A DNA stretch of 64,000 bases from assembly GCF_963921235.1 (NCBI RefSeq), contig NC_086109.1, forward strand, positions 31,684,001-31,748,000, read 5' to 3'. The stretch comes from Mobula hypostoma. Taxonomy: Eukaryota. The notes beneath the pieces are model-generated. The model was not told where the DNA came from and ran no database searches. It saw only the letters and a program-made list of their open reading frames with translations. Both the position numbers and the translations under genes were made by a program. This document shows, one piece after another, positions 35,349-47,600 of this stretch; the stretch's first letter is position 1; the number at the start of each line of letters is the position of its first letter.

Positions 35349-37083
35349 ACAAGAGAAAATCTGCAGATGCTGAAAATCCAAGCAACACGCACAAAATGCT
35401 GGAGGAACTCAGCAGGCCAGGCAGCATCTATGGAAGAAAGTACAGTCGATGTTTCAGGCTGAGGCTCTTCGGCAGAACTGGAGAAAAAAAGATGGGGAGT
35501 AGACTTAAAAGGTGGGGTAAGGGAGGGAGAAGCACAGGGTGATCGGTGATAATGGGAGGAGTAGGGATGCAGTAAGTAGCTGGGAAGTTGATTGGTGAAA
35601 AAGATACAGGGCTGGAGAAGGGGAGTTTGATAGGTGAAGATGGAAGGCCATAGAAGAAAGAAAAGGGGGAGGAGCACCAGAGGGAGACAATTGGCAGGCA
35701 ATCAGATAAGGTGAGAGGGGGAAAAGGGGATTGGGGACGGGTGGAACAGAGGGCAGGGATGAGGCCATTACTGGAAGTTCGAGAAATCAATATTCATGCC
35801 ACCAGGTTGAAGGTTACCCAGATGGAATATAAGTTGTTGATCCTCCAACCTAAGCGTGGCCTCATCGCGACGGTAGAGGAGGCCATGGATTGACAGGTCG
35901 GAATGGGAATGGGAAGTGGAATTAAACTGGGTGGCCACTGGGAGATCCCATTACTTCTGGCAAACGGAGCATAGGTGCTCAGCAAAATGGTCTCCCGACC
36001 TACGTTGGGTCTCACCGATATGCAGGAGGCTACACCAGGAATACCAGACACAGTATATGACCCCAACAGACTCACAGGTGAAATGTTGCCTCAGCTGGAA
36101 GGACAGTTTGGGGCCCTGAATGTTAGTGAGGGAGGAGATGTAGTGGCATGTGTAGCACTTGTTCTGATTGCAAGGATAAGTGCCAGGAGGGAGATCAGTG
36201 GGGAGGGACAAATGGATAAGGGAATCACGTAGGGAGCGATCCCTGTGGATAGTGGAGGGGGGAGGGAAAGGTGTGATGGTAAGATCCTGTTGGAGATGGC
36301 GAACGCTCTGGAGAATTATCTGCTGGATGCTGAGGCTAGTGGGGTGGTAGGTGATGAGGACAAGAGGAACTCTATTCCTACTAGGGTGACAGGAGGAAGG
36401 AGTAAGAGCAGATGTGTGTGAAATGGAAGAGATGCAGTGTTGATGGTGGAGGAAGGGAAGCCCATTGCTTTGAAAAAAGAGGACATCGTATTCGTTCTGG
36501 AATGAAAAGCCTCATCCTGAAAGCAGATGCGGCGACGATGGAGGAATTGAGAGATGGAGGTGGTGTTTTACAAGTAACAGGATGGGAAGAGGTATAGTAC
36601 AGGTAGCTGTGAGAGTCCGTTGGTTTATAATAGACATCGGTGGATGAGCTGACTCCAGAGATAGAGACTGTGAGATCGAGAAAGGGAAAGGAGCTACCAG
36701 AAATGAACCAGGTAAATTTGAGGGCAGGATGGAAGTTGGAGGCAAAGTTGATGAAGTTGATGAGTTCGGCATGGGTGCAGGAAGCAGCACCAATACACAT
36801 CGATATCACGTAGGAAGACTTGGGGAATGATAACAGTGTAGGCTTGGAACATGGACTGTTCCACGTAGCCAACAAAAAGACAGTTATAGCTGGGACCCAT
36901 GCAAGTGCCCATCGCTACACTGTTTGTTTGAGGGAAGTGGGAGAAATTATTAAGAGTGAGGATAAATTCCACTAGATGGAGTAGAGTGGTGGTGGATGAG
37001 AACTGGTTTGGTCTGGTGTCCAGAAGGAAACAGAGAGCTTTGAGGCCATCCTGATGGGGGATTGAGGTGTATAGCTTTGACAA
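35349..37083 (-). mobile_element. 5'-truncated Penelope-like element (RT + Cys-rich linker + GIY-YIG + pLTR), Neptune-like
   Basis: LYTSIPH, VAMGTCMGPSY, FASNFHPALKFT, FLDL, VYYKPTDSHSYL, PCNQNKCYTC, FTCESVGVIY..HIGET..FAEH; frameshifted and decayed. Confidence 0.93.
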
Positions 37084-37527
37084 AAATGCTGGCATAGTTT
37101 GCACTGGTCCCTTTCCAGTTCACCTACTGCTCTAATCAGTGCACTGATAATGCCATAGTCTCGGCCATCCATTCCATCCTGTCCTACCTAGAAAACGATG
37201 CCTCATATGCCAGGTTGCTGTTGTTCCTCAACTTCAACTTGGCATTTAACAGAATCATCCCACAGAGGCTGGTGGGTAAACTGTCCTTATTGTAACTGGA
37301 TCTTGGACTTCTTGACAGGAAGATCCCAGTCAGTCTGAATTGGCAGCAACATCTCAAGCTCCATCATGCTGAGCAGTGTGTGTTCAGCCCACTGCTGTTC
37401 ATGCTGGTGACTCATAATTGCACTGCCAGATCCAGCTCAAACCGTATCATCAAGTTTGCTGATGATACAACAGTGGTTGGCCCCATTAGCAAGAATAACA
37501 AGTCGCCATAGAGAGAAAGAGAGAGCC

Positions 37528-37666
37528 TTCAAAGTTCAATGTTCAAAGTAAAATGTATTATCAGAGTATATACAGGTCACCAAATACAACCCTTAGATTC
37601 TTTTTCTGTGGGCATACCTGGCAAATCTACAGAACAGTAAATGAAAACATTCAACTGCGTGGTAAA

Positions 37667-37707
<41 letters not shown>

Positions 37708-38220
37708 ACTGGGTTACCTGTCTGGACACGCCCCTCCGCTGACTGCTCCTGTGGCTCCTCCCTCAGACCCCTGAATAAAGGCAATTGTGCCACTGCTCCT
37801 CCTCTCAGTCCAGGGCAGATACTCAGCAGGGACGAGACCCATTTTACTGTTAATAAAAGCCTTTCAGTATTTACTCTACTTCCAGTCTTCTAGAGTAATT
37901 GACAGTGCATCAAACTGTCAGCATCAGGAACTGTAAAATGTAAACAAACTATGCAAATGCAGATAATAAATAAATAGCAAGAAATAACGAGCATGAAATA
38001 ACAAGATAAAGAGTCCTTAAATGAGTGTAGTTATCCCCTTTTATTCAAGACACTAATGGTTGATTGGTAGTAACTATTCTTGAACCTGTTGGCGTCAGTC
38101 CTGAAGCACCTGTACTTTCTATCTGTTGGCAGCAATGAGAAAAGAGCCTGGCCTGGGTGGTGAGGATCTTTGATGATGGATGCTGCTTTCCTATGACATG
38201 GAGGTGTGCACAATATTCTT
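37528..38220 (-). mobile_element. Rex1/Babar LINE 3' end, split by a solo LTR
   Basis: KAASIIKDPHHPGQALFSLLPTDRKYR..RFKNSYY; tail ACTTTGAACATTGAACTTTGAA. Confidence 0.85.
37658..37912 (+). mobile_element. Solo LTR containing an (AT)n microsatellite
   Basis: 5-bp TSD AACTG (37653-37657, 37913-37917); CG(TG-derived)..CA ends; AATAAA near 37852. Confidence 0.8.
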
Positions 38221-38261
38221 GTCCAGTGCTGTGAGAATAACAAACCAAGCCTCAGCCTGAG

Positions 38262-39997
38262 TTTCTTCAGATACACAAGTGTAAAAGAGAGGCGACAGTG
38301 GATATTGGACTGCTGGAAAATGATGCTAGAAAGGTAGTAATGGGGGACAATGAAATAGCGGGCAAACTAAGTACTTTGCATCAGTTTTCACTATGGAAGA
38401 CGCTGGCAGTATGGTGGAAGTTTCGGGTGTCAGGGCATGAAGGGTGTGAAGTTACCATAATTCTGGAGAAGGTTCTTGGGAATCTGAAAGGTCTGAAGGT
38501 AGATTAGTCACCTGGATCAGATGGTATACACCCCAGAATTCTAAAAGAGGTGGCTGAAGAGACTAAGGAGGCATTAGTAGTTATCTTTCAAGAATAACTA
38601 GATCCTGGAAGACTGGAAAATTGCAAATGTCACTCCACCCTTCGTGAAGGGAAAGAGGCAGAAGAAAGTAAACTATAGTCCAATTAGTCTGACATCTGTG
38701 GATGGGAAAATGTAGAAGTCGATTATCAAGGATTAAGTATCAGGTACTTGAAGGCACATGATAAAATAAGCTGTACTCAGTATGGTTTCCTCAAGGGAAA
38801 ATCTTGCCTGACAAATCTGTTGGAATTCTGTGAAGAAATAACAAGCAGGATAGACCTTTGACAAGGTGCCACACATGAGGCTGCTTAACAAGCTATGAGC
38901 CCATGGTATTACAGAAAAGATTCTAACATGGATAAAGCAGTGGCTGATTGGCAGGAGGCAAAGAGTGGGAATAAACGGAGACTTTTCTGGCTGGCTGCCG
39001 GTGACTAGTGGTATTCCACAGGTGTCTATGTTGGGACCGGTTCTTCTTACATTATATGTCAATGATTTGAATGATAGAATTAATTTTTTGTTGCAAAGTT
39101 TGCAAACGATTTGAAGATAGGTGGTGGGGGGAAGTAGTTTTGAGGAAGTAGGGAAGCTACAGAAGGACTTAGACAGATTAGGAAAATAGGCAAAGAAGTG
39201 GCAGATGGAATATAGTGCTGGTTAAGGGTATGGCCATGCACATTGGTAACAGAAATGAAAGACAAGAGAAAATACAAAAAACTGAGGTACTAAGGGACTT
39301 GGGAGTCCTTGTGCAGGATTCCCCAAAGGTTAATTTGCAGGTTGAGTCTGTGGTGAGGAAAGCAAATGCAATGATACCATTCATTTCAAGAGGACTGGAA
39401 TATAAAAGCAAGGATGTAATGTTGAGACCTTATAAAGCACTACGTGAGACTGCACTTGAAGTATTGTGAGCAGTTTTGGGTCCTTTATCTTAGAAAGGAT
39501 GTGCTGAAACTGAAGAGGGTTCAAAGGAGGTTCACAAAAAAGATTCTAGGATTGAATGGCTTGTCGTATGAAGAACATATGATGGCTCTGGGCCTGTATT
39601 CACTGGGATTCTGAAGAATAAGGGTGACTTCATTGGAAGCTATCGAATGGTGAAAGTCATTGATAGAGTGGATGTGGAGAGAATGTTTCCTAAGGTCTTA
39701 GACCAGAGGACACAACCTCAGAATAGAGGAGATGAGGATGGAGACAAGGAGGAATTTCTTTAGCCAAAGAGTGGTGAATCTGTGGAATTCTTTGTCTCAG
39801 GCAGTTGATGGAGGTCCAGTCAATATGTATATTTAAGGCAGAGATTGATAGATTCTTGATTGGTCAGGACATGAAGGGATATAAGGAGAAGTCATGAGAT
39901 GGAGGCTGAGAGGAAAACTGGATCAGTCATGATGAAATGCTGGAGCAGAATTGATGAGCCAAATAGCCTAATTCTTCTATATTTTCTGGTCTTATGA
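38262..39997 (+). mobile_element. Decayed CR1 LINE 3' half
   Basis: LKGLKVD, FDKVPH, RDLGVLVQDS..KANAM..RGLEYKSK; CR1 3' UTR; related to 11750-14265. Confidence 0.9.
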
Positions 39998-40667
39998 TCA
40001 TCATCGACAAGACAAAAGAGATGATTGTGGACTTCAGGAAGGCACAGATCAACCTCTCTCCATTGCACATCAATGGCTCTGCCGTGGAGAGAATGAAGAT
40101 CACAACTTCCTTGTGTACAAATAATGGACCATCTAACCTGGACCCACAACACCTCATTAGTAAAGAAGGCACAACCAATGCCTACACTTTGAGGAGATTG
40201 AGGTGTGCAAGGCTCCCTGCCCCCATTCTAACAACCTTCTACAGGAGCACCATGAAGACTATCCCGTCTGGCTGCATCATTGGGTGGTACGGAAGCTGCA
40301 TGGAATCGGAGCGTAAGACCCAATAGAGAATAGTAAAAACTGCTGAGGTGATGGCCGGAGTCTCCCTCTCTCCTATTTGTACATTTACCGGGATCATTCT
40401 ATACAAAGCACCCAAAGCATCGTTGAGTATCGCTACCACACATCCCATAATCATTTGACCTACTACCATCACGAAGGAGGCACTGGAACATCAGGACTAG
40501 GACTGCCTGACTGGGTAACAGCTTCTTCCCCCAGGGTATGTGACTAATGAACACGCTGCCACTACCAAGAGCTTGTCACGAGCAAAGTGGTCTTTCTATT
40601 GCTTACTCGTGCTGTACACATCATGCACTTTGAATCACATTTTACTAACTTATTTGTGGTAATACTA

Positions 40668-41498
40668 TGTAACCCTCTCACCAGGGCTCGTATATGAACT
40701 TGGCTTGTCAGCTAACTCTGCTAACCGTCATGTGACTCCCTGGTGAGAAGGTCACCTTTCATAAACAATATACGTCTAGGGGCGGTATGATTTGGGGTTC
40801 AACCAAACAGGAAGGTCATGATGTTCCAATTAAAGAAACATCGATTTGAACAAATGATGTGTGAATAGTACCCATACACAATTATCCGTCGGCAAGAAAT
40901 AACAGATGGTACACTACATAAAATTATAAAGAATGTATATTTACTAATTTCAGCTTTATCAAACAGTTATTAAGAGAAAGAAAAGTAAAAGGGCCCATTG
41001 CAGTTAAACTAGTCCAAATGTGTACATGACTGTTGGAGCTCATCTTTTCTCAAAGTTGGGTATAACCATTATCAAAGCACTGAACCCACCACAGTCCAGC
41101 ATTCCCTCGAAGTCCATCTCGAACAAACTGGCACTCTCTCTGGAGTACTGGCCCTCCTCCTCGGAGCCATTCACCGGCACAAAGCACTTCCTGCAACAGG
41201 GACTCTCCTTCCATTCTGCAGCATCTTCCCTTCTGTCCCGTTCTGCAGCTCCACCCAAAGCACCCCAAACCAGACTACTGTCTGTCATAAATCTCTCTCC
41301 ACCCTATTCTCTCTAGAACCTTCTCAGATCCTACCATCCTGATTGGCTGACACCACATTCCTACCTAAGTTGAACAATAGCCTTCTTATCTTTAGCCAAA
41401 ACCAAAACATTCTACCAGCAGGATACACTGCTTTTGCAGAAAACTGCAAAATGAAATAACTACAGCATAGTAGTAGAAATGTTAACCAGGACAATACA
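40668..41498 (-). mobile_element. Solo LTR (same family as 55530-56234)
   Basis: TGT..ACA termini, host Rex1 3'UTR rejoins across it, end-to-end similarity to 55530-56234; TSD imperfect (ACTA/CTTA). Confidence 0.72.
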
Positions 41499-41618
41499 CT
41501 TATATTTTATGTGTTGTGTGATACATGTCTTTAAATTTTTTTTAAAATCAAAATAACCCACAAGACTTTAATATGAATAAACAGCTTCACTTACGTTTCC
41601 TTCCCAGAGATTTCTCCT

Positions 41619-41772
41619 TTTAAATCTAATCCTCAGCTTTCTTTCTCCAGTCGTGCCGAAGGGTCTCGGCCCAAAATGTCAACTGTACTCTTTTCCATTC
41701 ATGCTGCCTGGAGTTCCTCTAGCATTTTGTGTGTGTTCCTTGGATTTCTGGCATCCGCGGATTTTCTCTTGT
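41619..41772 (+). mobile_element. Short PLE terminal repeat with 14-bp TSD
   Basis: TSD CAGAGATTTCTCCT at 41605-41618 and 41773-41786; degenerate hammerhead 41648-41685. Confidence 0.88.
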
Positions 41773-42345
41773 CAGAGATTTCTCCTGTATGTTTGAAAGC
41801 AGCTTCTGTACTCGCTTCAGGTTTAACATGGCATTGTTTAGTATGTCAATCTCCAAGCCTGAAAGTTCTTTGAAACACCTATTACCCAGTTAGATTCCAC
41901 GAGGACTCCATCAATACAGCAGCAGAAGGGGAACTGGCACCACGCTTGCAGGGCAATTGATTTGTGTTCTCAAAAGTGCTGGACAAAGTAACTTCAATTT
42001 CAATGGTGAAAAAGTATTAACGCTGCCTTTCGGGTGTAAGCTCTGTCCTGACGCTTCTTTATCAGAATTAGATTTTCAATATCTTAAGGATTTTTTTTGC
42101 TGGTTATTTTCAACATTCCTCCTTTCAAATGACTTCCATGGAAAGTTAAGCTGCTTTTTCTGATGAGTGAGAAGAGGAAATATAATGAGATGTTCATACT
42201 CGCCTTCACAGAGCTACAGGCAATTTACCTGACTACACAAACACCTGAAGTGTGAGGAAACATGGGGATGATGGGAAACAAAGCATTAAAGACCAACTTG
42301 CAAATTAGCACAACATTTCAGCCTCTTGCAATCACAGCCTGGAAA

Positions 42346-42907
42346 TGCTCAGTGGCCACATTATTAGGTACACCTGCTTGTTAATCCAAATATCTAATTT
42401 TGTAGTGGCAACTCAATGCATAAAAAGGGGAAGGCATGATAAAGCCAGTCAGTGCCTGTTCAGACCAAACATCAGAATGCGGAAGAAATCTGATCTAAGT
42501 GACTTTGACCGTGGAATGATTGTTGGTGCCAGACAGGGTGGTTTGAGTATTGCAGTAACTGATGATCTCTTGGGATTTTAACACACAATAGTTTCTAGAG
42601 CTTACAAAGAACAGTGTGAAAAACAAAAAAAAAATCCAGTAAGTGGCAGCTGTATAAATAAAAATGCTTTGTCAATGAAAGAGCTCAGAGGAGAATGGCC
42701 AGACTGGTTCAAGTTGACAGGAAGATGACAGGAGCTCAAGTAAACATGTGTTACAGCAGTAGTGTGCAGAAGATCATCTCTGAATGCACAAATGCACAAA
42801 CATCAAACCTTGAACTGGATGGTCTACAGCAGCAGAAGACCACCAGCTTACACTCAGTGGCCATTTTATTAGATGCAGTAGGTACCTAATAACGTGGCCA
42901 CTGAGTG
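42346..42907 (+). mobile_element. Internally deleted Tc1-like DNA transposon
   Basis: TIR CTCAGTGGCCACATTATTAGGTAC / GTACCTAATAACGTGGCCACTGAGTG followed by TA; transposase N-terminus MRKKSDLSDFDRGMIVGARQGGLSI. Confidence 0.9.
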
Positions 42908-43469
42908 TATATTTCATTAACCAACTTGTCAGCTCAGTATTATCATCAGGATAAATTCAGAACTCATTCTGCAATAATGAGGTTAACTGCATGCAATTCT
43001 TTCAGTGACTTAGTGAAATACAGCTGGAGATTTTGCAGCTGTTAATGGAGAATAAGGTCTCTATTAAGAGGATATTGTGCTTTATATTGAAAATTTCTTG
43101 AATATTATACAATTTTTAGCCAACACTATTAGTTCTTCTAGACAGTGACATGGGAAATTGAGATTGTTAACACTTTTACTTTAGATATGAGAATACGAAG
43201 GCTTCCAAAATGCCATTTTAAAGGCTTTGCACCATGTGTGTCATGGGTCACAACGGGCGGCAAGTCACTGAGGGCAGTGAATGAACACTTGAAGTACATA
43301 GAGCAGGCAGGTCAAGGCATCAGTCAATGTAAATTATTGACTTGATTCTCCTGCCGTTATATTGGAGCTCACTGCCTAATCCTCTCTGAAGAGACACATT
43401 GGTTTGCAACACAGGTGTGAAGAATGGTGACGGTCAGCTGCATAGTTCTTGTTTTATGCAAATGTAGAG

Positions 43470-43850
43470 CTTTATTGCCCAAGGGATGACCTTATACAAG
43501 TCCATAAAATTATGAAGGGCGTAGATAGGGAGGATGGTCACAGTAATTTTTCCTAACTGAAATCAAAAACTGAGCTGCTTCAATTGAAGATGGAAGATGC
43601 AAAGATTTAAAGGGGACGTGTGGTCATCTTTTTTTACACAGAAAGCAGTGAATATGTGGAATGAGCTGCCGAGGAAGTGGTTAAAATGGGCACAATTGCG
43701 AAATTTAAAAGGCATTCAGCAGGTATATTGATAGTGAAGGGTTAGAGAGATACGGGCCAATTGTAGGCAAATAGGACTAGCTCATGTAGGCAACTTGGTC
43801 AGCAGTGCTGAGATGGACCATAAGGTCTGTTTCCATGCACCATTAATCCA
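43470..43850 (+). mobile_element. Decayed CR1 3' end
   Basis: DLIQVHKIMKGVDR, TTTTTTACACAGAAAGCAGTG..TGGAATGAGCTGCC. Confidence 0.8.
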
Positions 43851-44141
43851 TATCTTGATGAGCAATAAATGATCTATTGGACCACAGCTTCAAATGCCTG
43901 TGGAGTTACATCTTCACCACCCTGCCTGAAGTGAGAAATCCCATGACCTAAGGAACAGAAGGATAGAATACGAGGAACCTAGCACCTCATTGATAACCAT
44001 GGAGTGAGTGGATTTTTCAATGTTGTCAAAAACACCTACAACTCACTCAAGGCCTCATTACACTGAGAGCCAAGAACGTGATGGACTTATGAAGGACAGC
44101 CGGCCAAGCAAATCCACAAGAACAGAAAAAGAGTATGTCAA

Positions 44142-44645
44142 GCAACACACATTAAAGTTGCTGGTGAACGCAGCAGGCCAGGCAGCATCTCTAGGAAGAG
44201 GTACAGTCGACGTTTCAGGCTGAAACCCTTCGTCAGGACTAACTGAAGGAAGAGCTAGTAAGAGATTTAAAAGTGGGAGGGGGAGATCCAAAATGATAGG
44301 AGAAGACAGGAGGGGGAGGGATGGAGCCAAGAGCTGGACAGGTGATTGGCAAAAGGGATATGAGAGGATCATGGGACAGGAGGCCCAGGGAGAAGGAAAA
44401 GGGGGAGGGGGGGAAAGCCCGGAGGATGGGCAAGGGGTATATTCAGAGGGACAGAGGGAGAAAAAGGAAAGTGAGAGAAAGAATGTGTGTATATAAATAA
44501 CGGATGGGGTATGAGGGGGAGGTGGGGCATTAGCGGAAGTTAGAGAAGTCAATGTTCATGCCATCAGGTTGGAGGCTACCCAGACGGAATATAAGGTGTT
44601 GTTTGAATTTCCAGCATTTGCAGAATTCCTCGTGTTTGCGTTTTT
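44142..44645 (-). mobile_element. PLE insertion: GIY-YIG tail + pLTR, short inverted terminal piece, 14-bp TSD
   Basis: TSD AAAGAGTATGTCAA (44128-44141) / AAAGAATATGTCAA (44646-44659); minus strand QHLIFRLGSLQPDGMNIDFSNFR*. Confidence 0.9.
44204..44241 (-). ncRNA. Minimal type I hammerhead ribozyme motif, core intact
   Basis: Minus strand UAGUC-CUGACGA-AGGGUUUCAGCCU-GAAAC-GUC-GACUG: stem I AGUC/GACU, short stem II, loopless palindromic stem III ACGU, GUC cleavage triplet. Confidence 0.8.
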
Positions 44646-47600
44646 AAAGAATATGTCAATTCTGGTTCTGTTCTTGATATGAATACCCATGTTCCAACTT
44701 CTTCAGCAATCTAAATGAGGGCAAACTTGCCATCGCTCTTAGCTAATGAGATGACAAAAGTATCTTGGAACAGAATGCATCCCTGTTAAAGTTCTAAAAT
44801 CGGGTAGAGTCACTGGTTAACAGCCTTAATTGCCACATCTGGGAAGAGGAAGACATTCCATATAATCTCAGATATAGTAATCATGACTAATTGCAAGAAG
44901 GAAAACAAATAGTAATTGAGGAAGGGTCTTCCTGCTGCCTACCACAAGGATAGTTGTCATCAGTGTCCTCCTCACCCACCCCCTCTCAGAGGCTGAAGAG
45001 CTGCTGCTGGAATAACACTGTGGACTCAGTCCAGACAAAGACACAAGGGGCATGACCTCCAGCATCCCAACTTTATCAGAAATTTAAGGTGCAGCATCAA
45101 CAAATTTACTTGAGTTCTTTTCAGCTGACTAAAGGTTTTGGCTCTCGGAATTCTTTTCAGTCTTGGCTATCCGCATATGGCATGCAAACCATAACTTTTA
45201 CCAATGAATCCGTAGCAGATCCAATCTTAATTTTTCACTTCCCTTCAATTACTATCCTGTTGGAATGGAGTGAGCTAACTGAGTGAATGGGAAACTGCTC
45301 AGCTTGTATCATCTTCAGAAACAAAGCCACTCAACTTCAGCCGTCAAGCTGCAGAACGCAGATAATGTCTGCATATAAGTATGCCTGGAGGCCAAGCTCC
45401 AAGTCATTGTTGAAGGGAACAAAAGATAAAATAAGCCGTGGCTAAGGCTAATGGAACACTTATTGGTAAATCGTATCTGAAGAGCCCACTCACGGCCCTC
45501 GAGCAATTGTGTGAGGCTGTTGAAATTGTGACATTGTATTCAGCTCTTCGATCAGAAAGGATTCCTACCCACATGGCTTGAGGAGTTTGGAGTGAGTTCT
45601 TCATTCCTATGGCTGTAGGATATCGTTCCTATTCTGCAGCTTCTGCACCAGAAATACTTGAATGTTTTAGAGACTGCTGTGCCCTCTATTGTGCCATTCT
45701 TTACAATTTCACAGCTCAGAATGACTTTCTGTACAAGTTCCAACATCTTGCTTCAGCTCAATATATTTTCAGCAGGGAAGGTCACTTTAGGTTTGCCCTG
45801 CTGGTGTGCCCAGTCAATAAGCACTCAGTTGGTACTGGTTGGATGAACCAAGTAATGAAAAGAACAGGCTAATCCTGTATTATAATTTCTTTTACGATTA
45901 TTTTCAGGAACTATTAAATTAGAGGTCCCTAATACTTCAGTTCAAATTTGGCATTTTTTATATTGCATCTCACTAACAAATGAGCTAATAGCATACTAGT
46001 ATAAAATCAAATATCAATAAATACTGAAGTCAGGGAATGGAGAAAGCAAATATCTGCCCCTTCTACAGCACGGGCGGGCAGAAATATTTCACTGAAATTA
46101 AAAATTTGACTTTGTTCCAGAGCATTCTTGCTCAAGGCCAACCGCACACCTTCATGAATGAAACACCTTCATTAAGAGCTCCCCTGCAGTGTGATGCCAT
46201 CATTAAATAATGAAGTACCTGTTGGATAACTTAACAAGCTAACACACAGAAGCTGGTTTTGTATTTCTTTAAAACTGAACAGTCAGACACAAAAAAGATA
46301 ACACCGCCGTCATGGATTCTTAGATTCTTGGAGTCCCTGATCAAAGAACAGGAGGGAGAAACTAATCTGATTAAGATAATCAAGCTTTGTTGGTGTGGTT
46401 CCATTTTTTCACCTATGTCTTAACTGTGAATCATTTACATAGGTGCCAGCTAACAACATTTCATTCTGACAATCAATCTGCTATGAGCAAGGGACACCAG
46501 ACAATATCACTGTTGGCTGATAACAAGCCAGGCAGGAATGGCATCCCACTCTCGAGACTGCTACTAGTGCCATACATTGTACTCGATTTGCGATATGGTT
46601 GCAGTAAGGACTGAGGGGCAGCATTTAAAATATGTGGCTGAGAAGAAGTATAGCATTGGTGAGGAACATACTTTGGAAGGAGGTCATTTGGGCCATTGTT
46701 TTATTATTTAAGCGGTGGGAACTGGAACAGAGTGGAGGGGGTGAAATTATACCCATTAAAGAAACATTTATAATTAGAGGGGAAAAAAGGAGGCAAAAAA
46801 CACATTGGCAAAAGTAAAATGTCATTTAGATTTCTGTCTTTAAATGAATGGTTAAACATTTGCATGCAATGTTAACTGGAAAGCATTTTTCTCAATGAAC
46901 CATCCATTATTTTGCCTCAAGTATTTGGATATTTTTATAAGTAGAAAAAAAATGTTTGCCATATGTCACATTATAAACCACGAGCAGAATAGATACTTAT
47001 TAAGAAGTTTATCAGTGTTTGCTGCTTTTCTCAGCTCCATCTTTGAATTATACAAATTTAGTCAAATAGTCAAGGTTAGTGAATAAATTGCCCAGTTCTC
47101 ATTCTTTTTTCAGAGCAACTGCAAATTCAGTAACATCGGCAGCCCAACTCAGGGAACTTCATAAACCAAATGTCTACAATTTGTTCACAAATCGTAATAA
47201 TGGGTGATGGATCAGACGGAGATATATGTTTTGTTCATTCTGATGGCAAACTTGGCCCATAACATGAAAAGCTTGAATGATCTGTGAATATCTATACCCA
47301 AGTCCATTACCTAAAGGCATCATTAACTTGTTCATATGGTCAGAAAGGGTAGTGGTGGGATAGAATATTAGTAGAAATAATATGCTCTTGAGAAAAGGAA
47401 GATGGCACAAGGCAGGTGTGTTGCTGTGCAATTGGTTTCTCTACCGCTTCTGTGTATCCTCTGCAGAAACATCCTCCACGTGCCTTGGGAGACGTACTGG
47501 ACTGTGATCCTACTACACAAATGGTTGAAGGTGTATTTTTAACTTGCTGTAAAATTATACAAAATTAAAATAGGGTCTATATTGAAAACTAGTAACACTT

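Larger units (their letters stand above)
33090..41530 (+). mobile_element. Near-full-length decayed Rex1/Babar LINE carrying nested insertions
   Basis: EN ORF 33281..33754 (LANIPSLGNK, LTEMWL, RGGLCVYVN, FYFPREF, IYIPP); RT pieces 34412-35345, 37085-37525 (IKFADDTTVVG), 39995-40665 (KTKEMIVDFRK); collinear after removing inserts. Confidence 0.85.
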
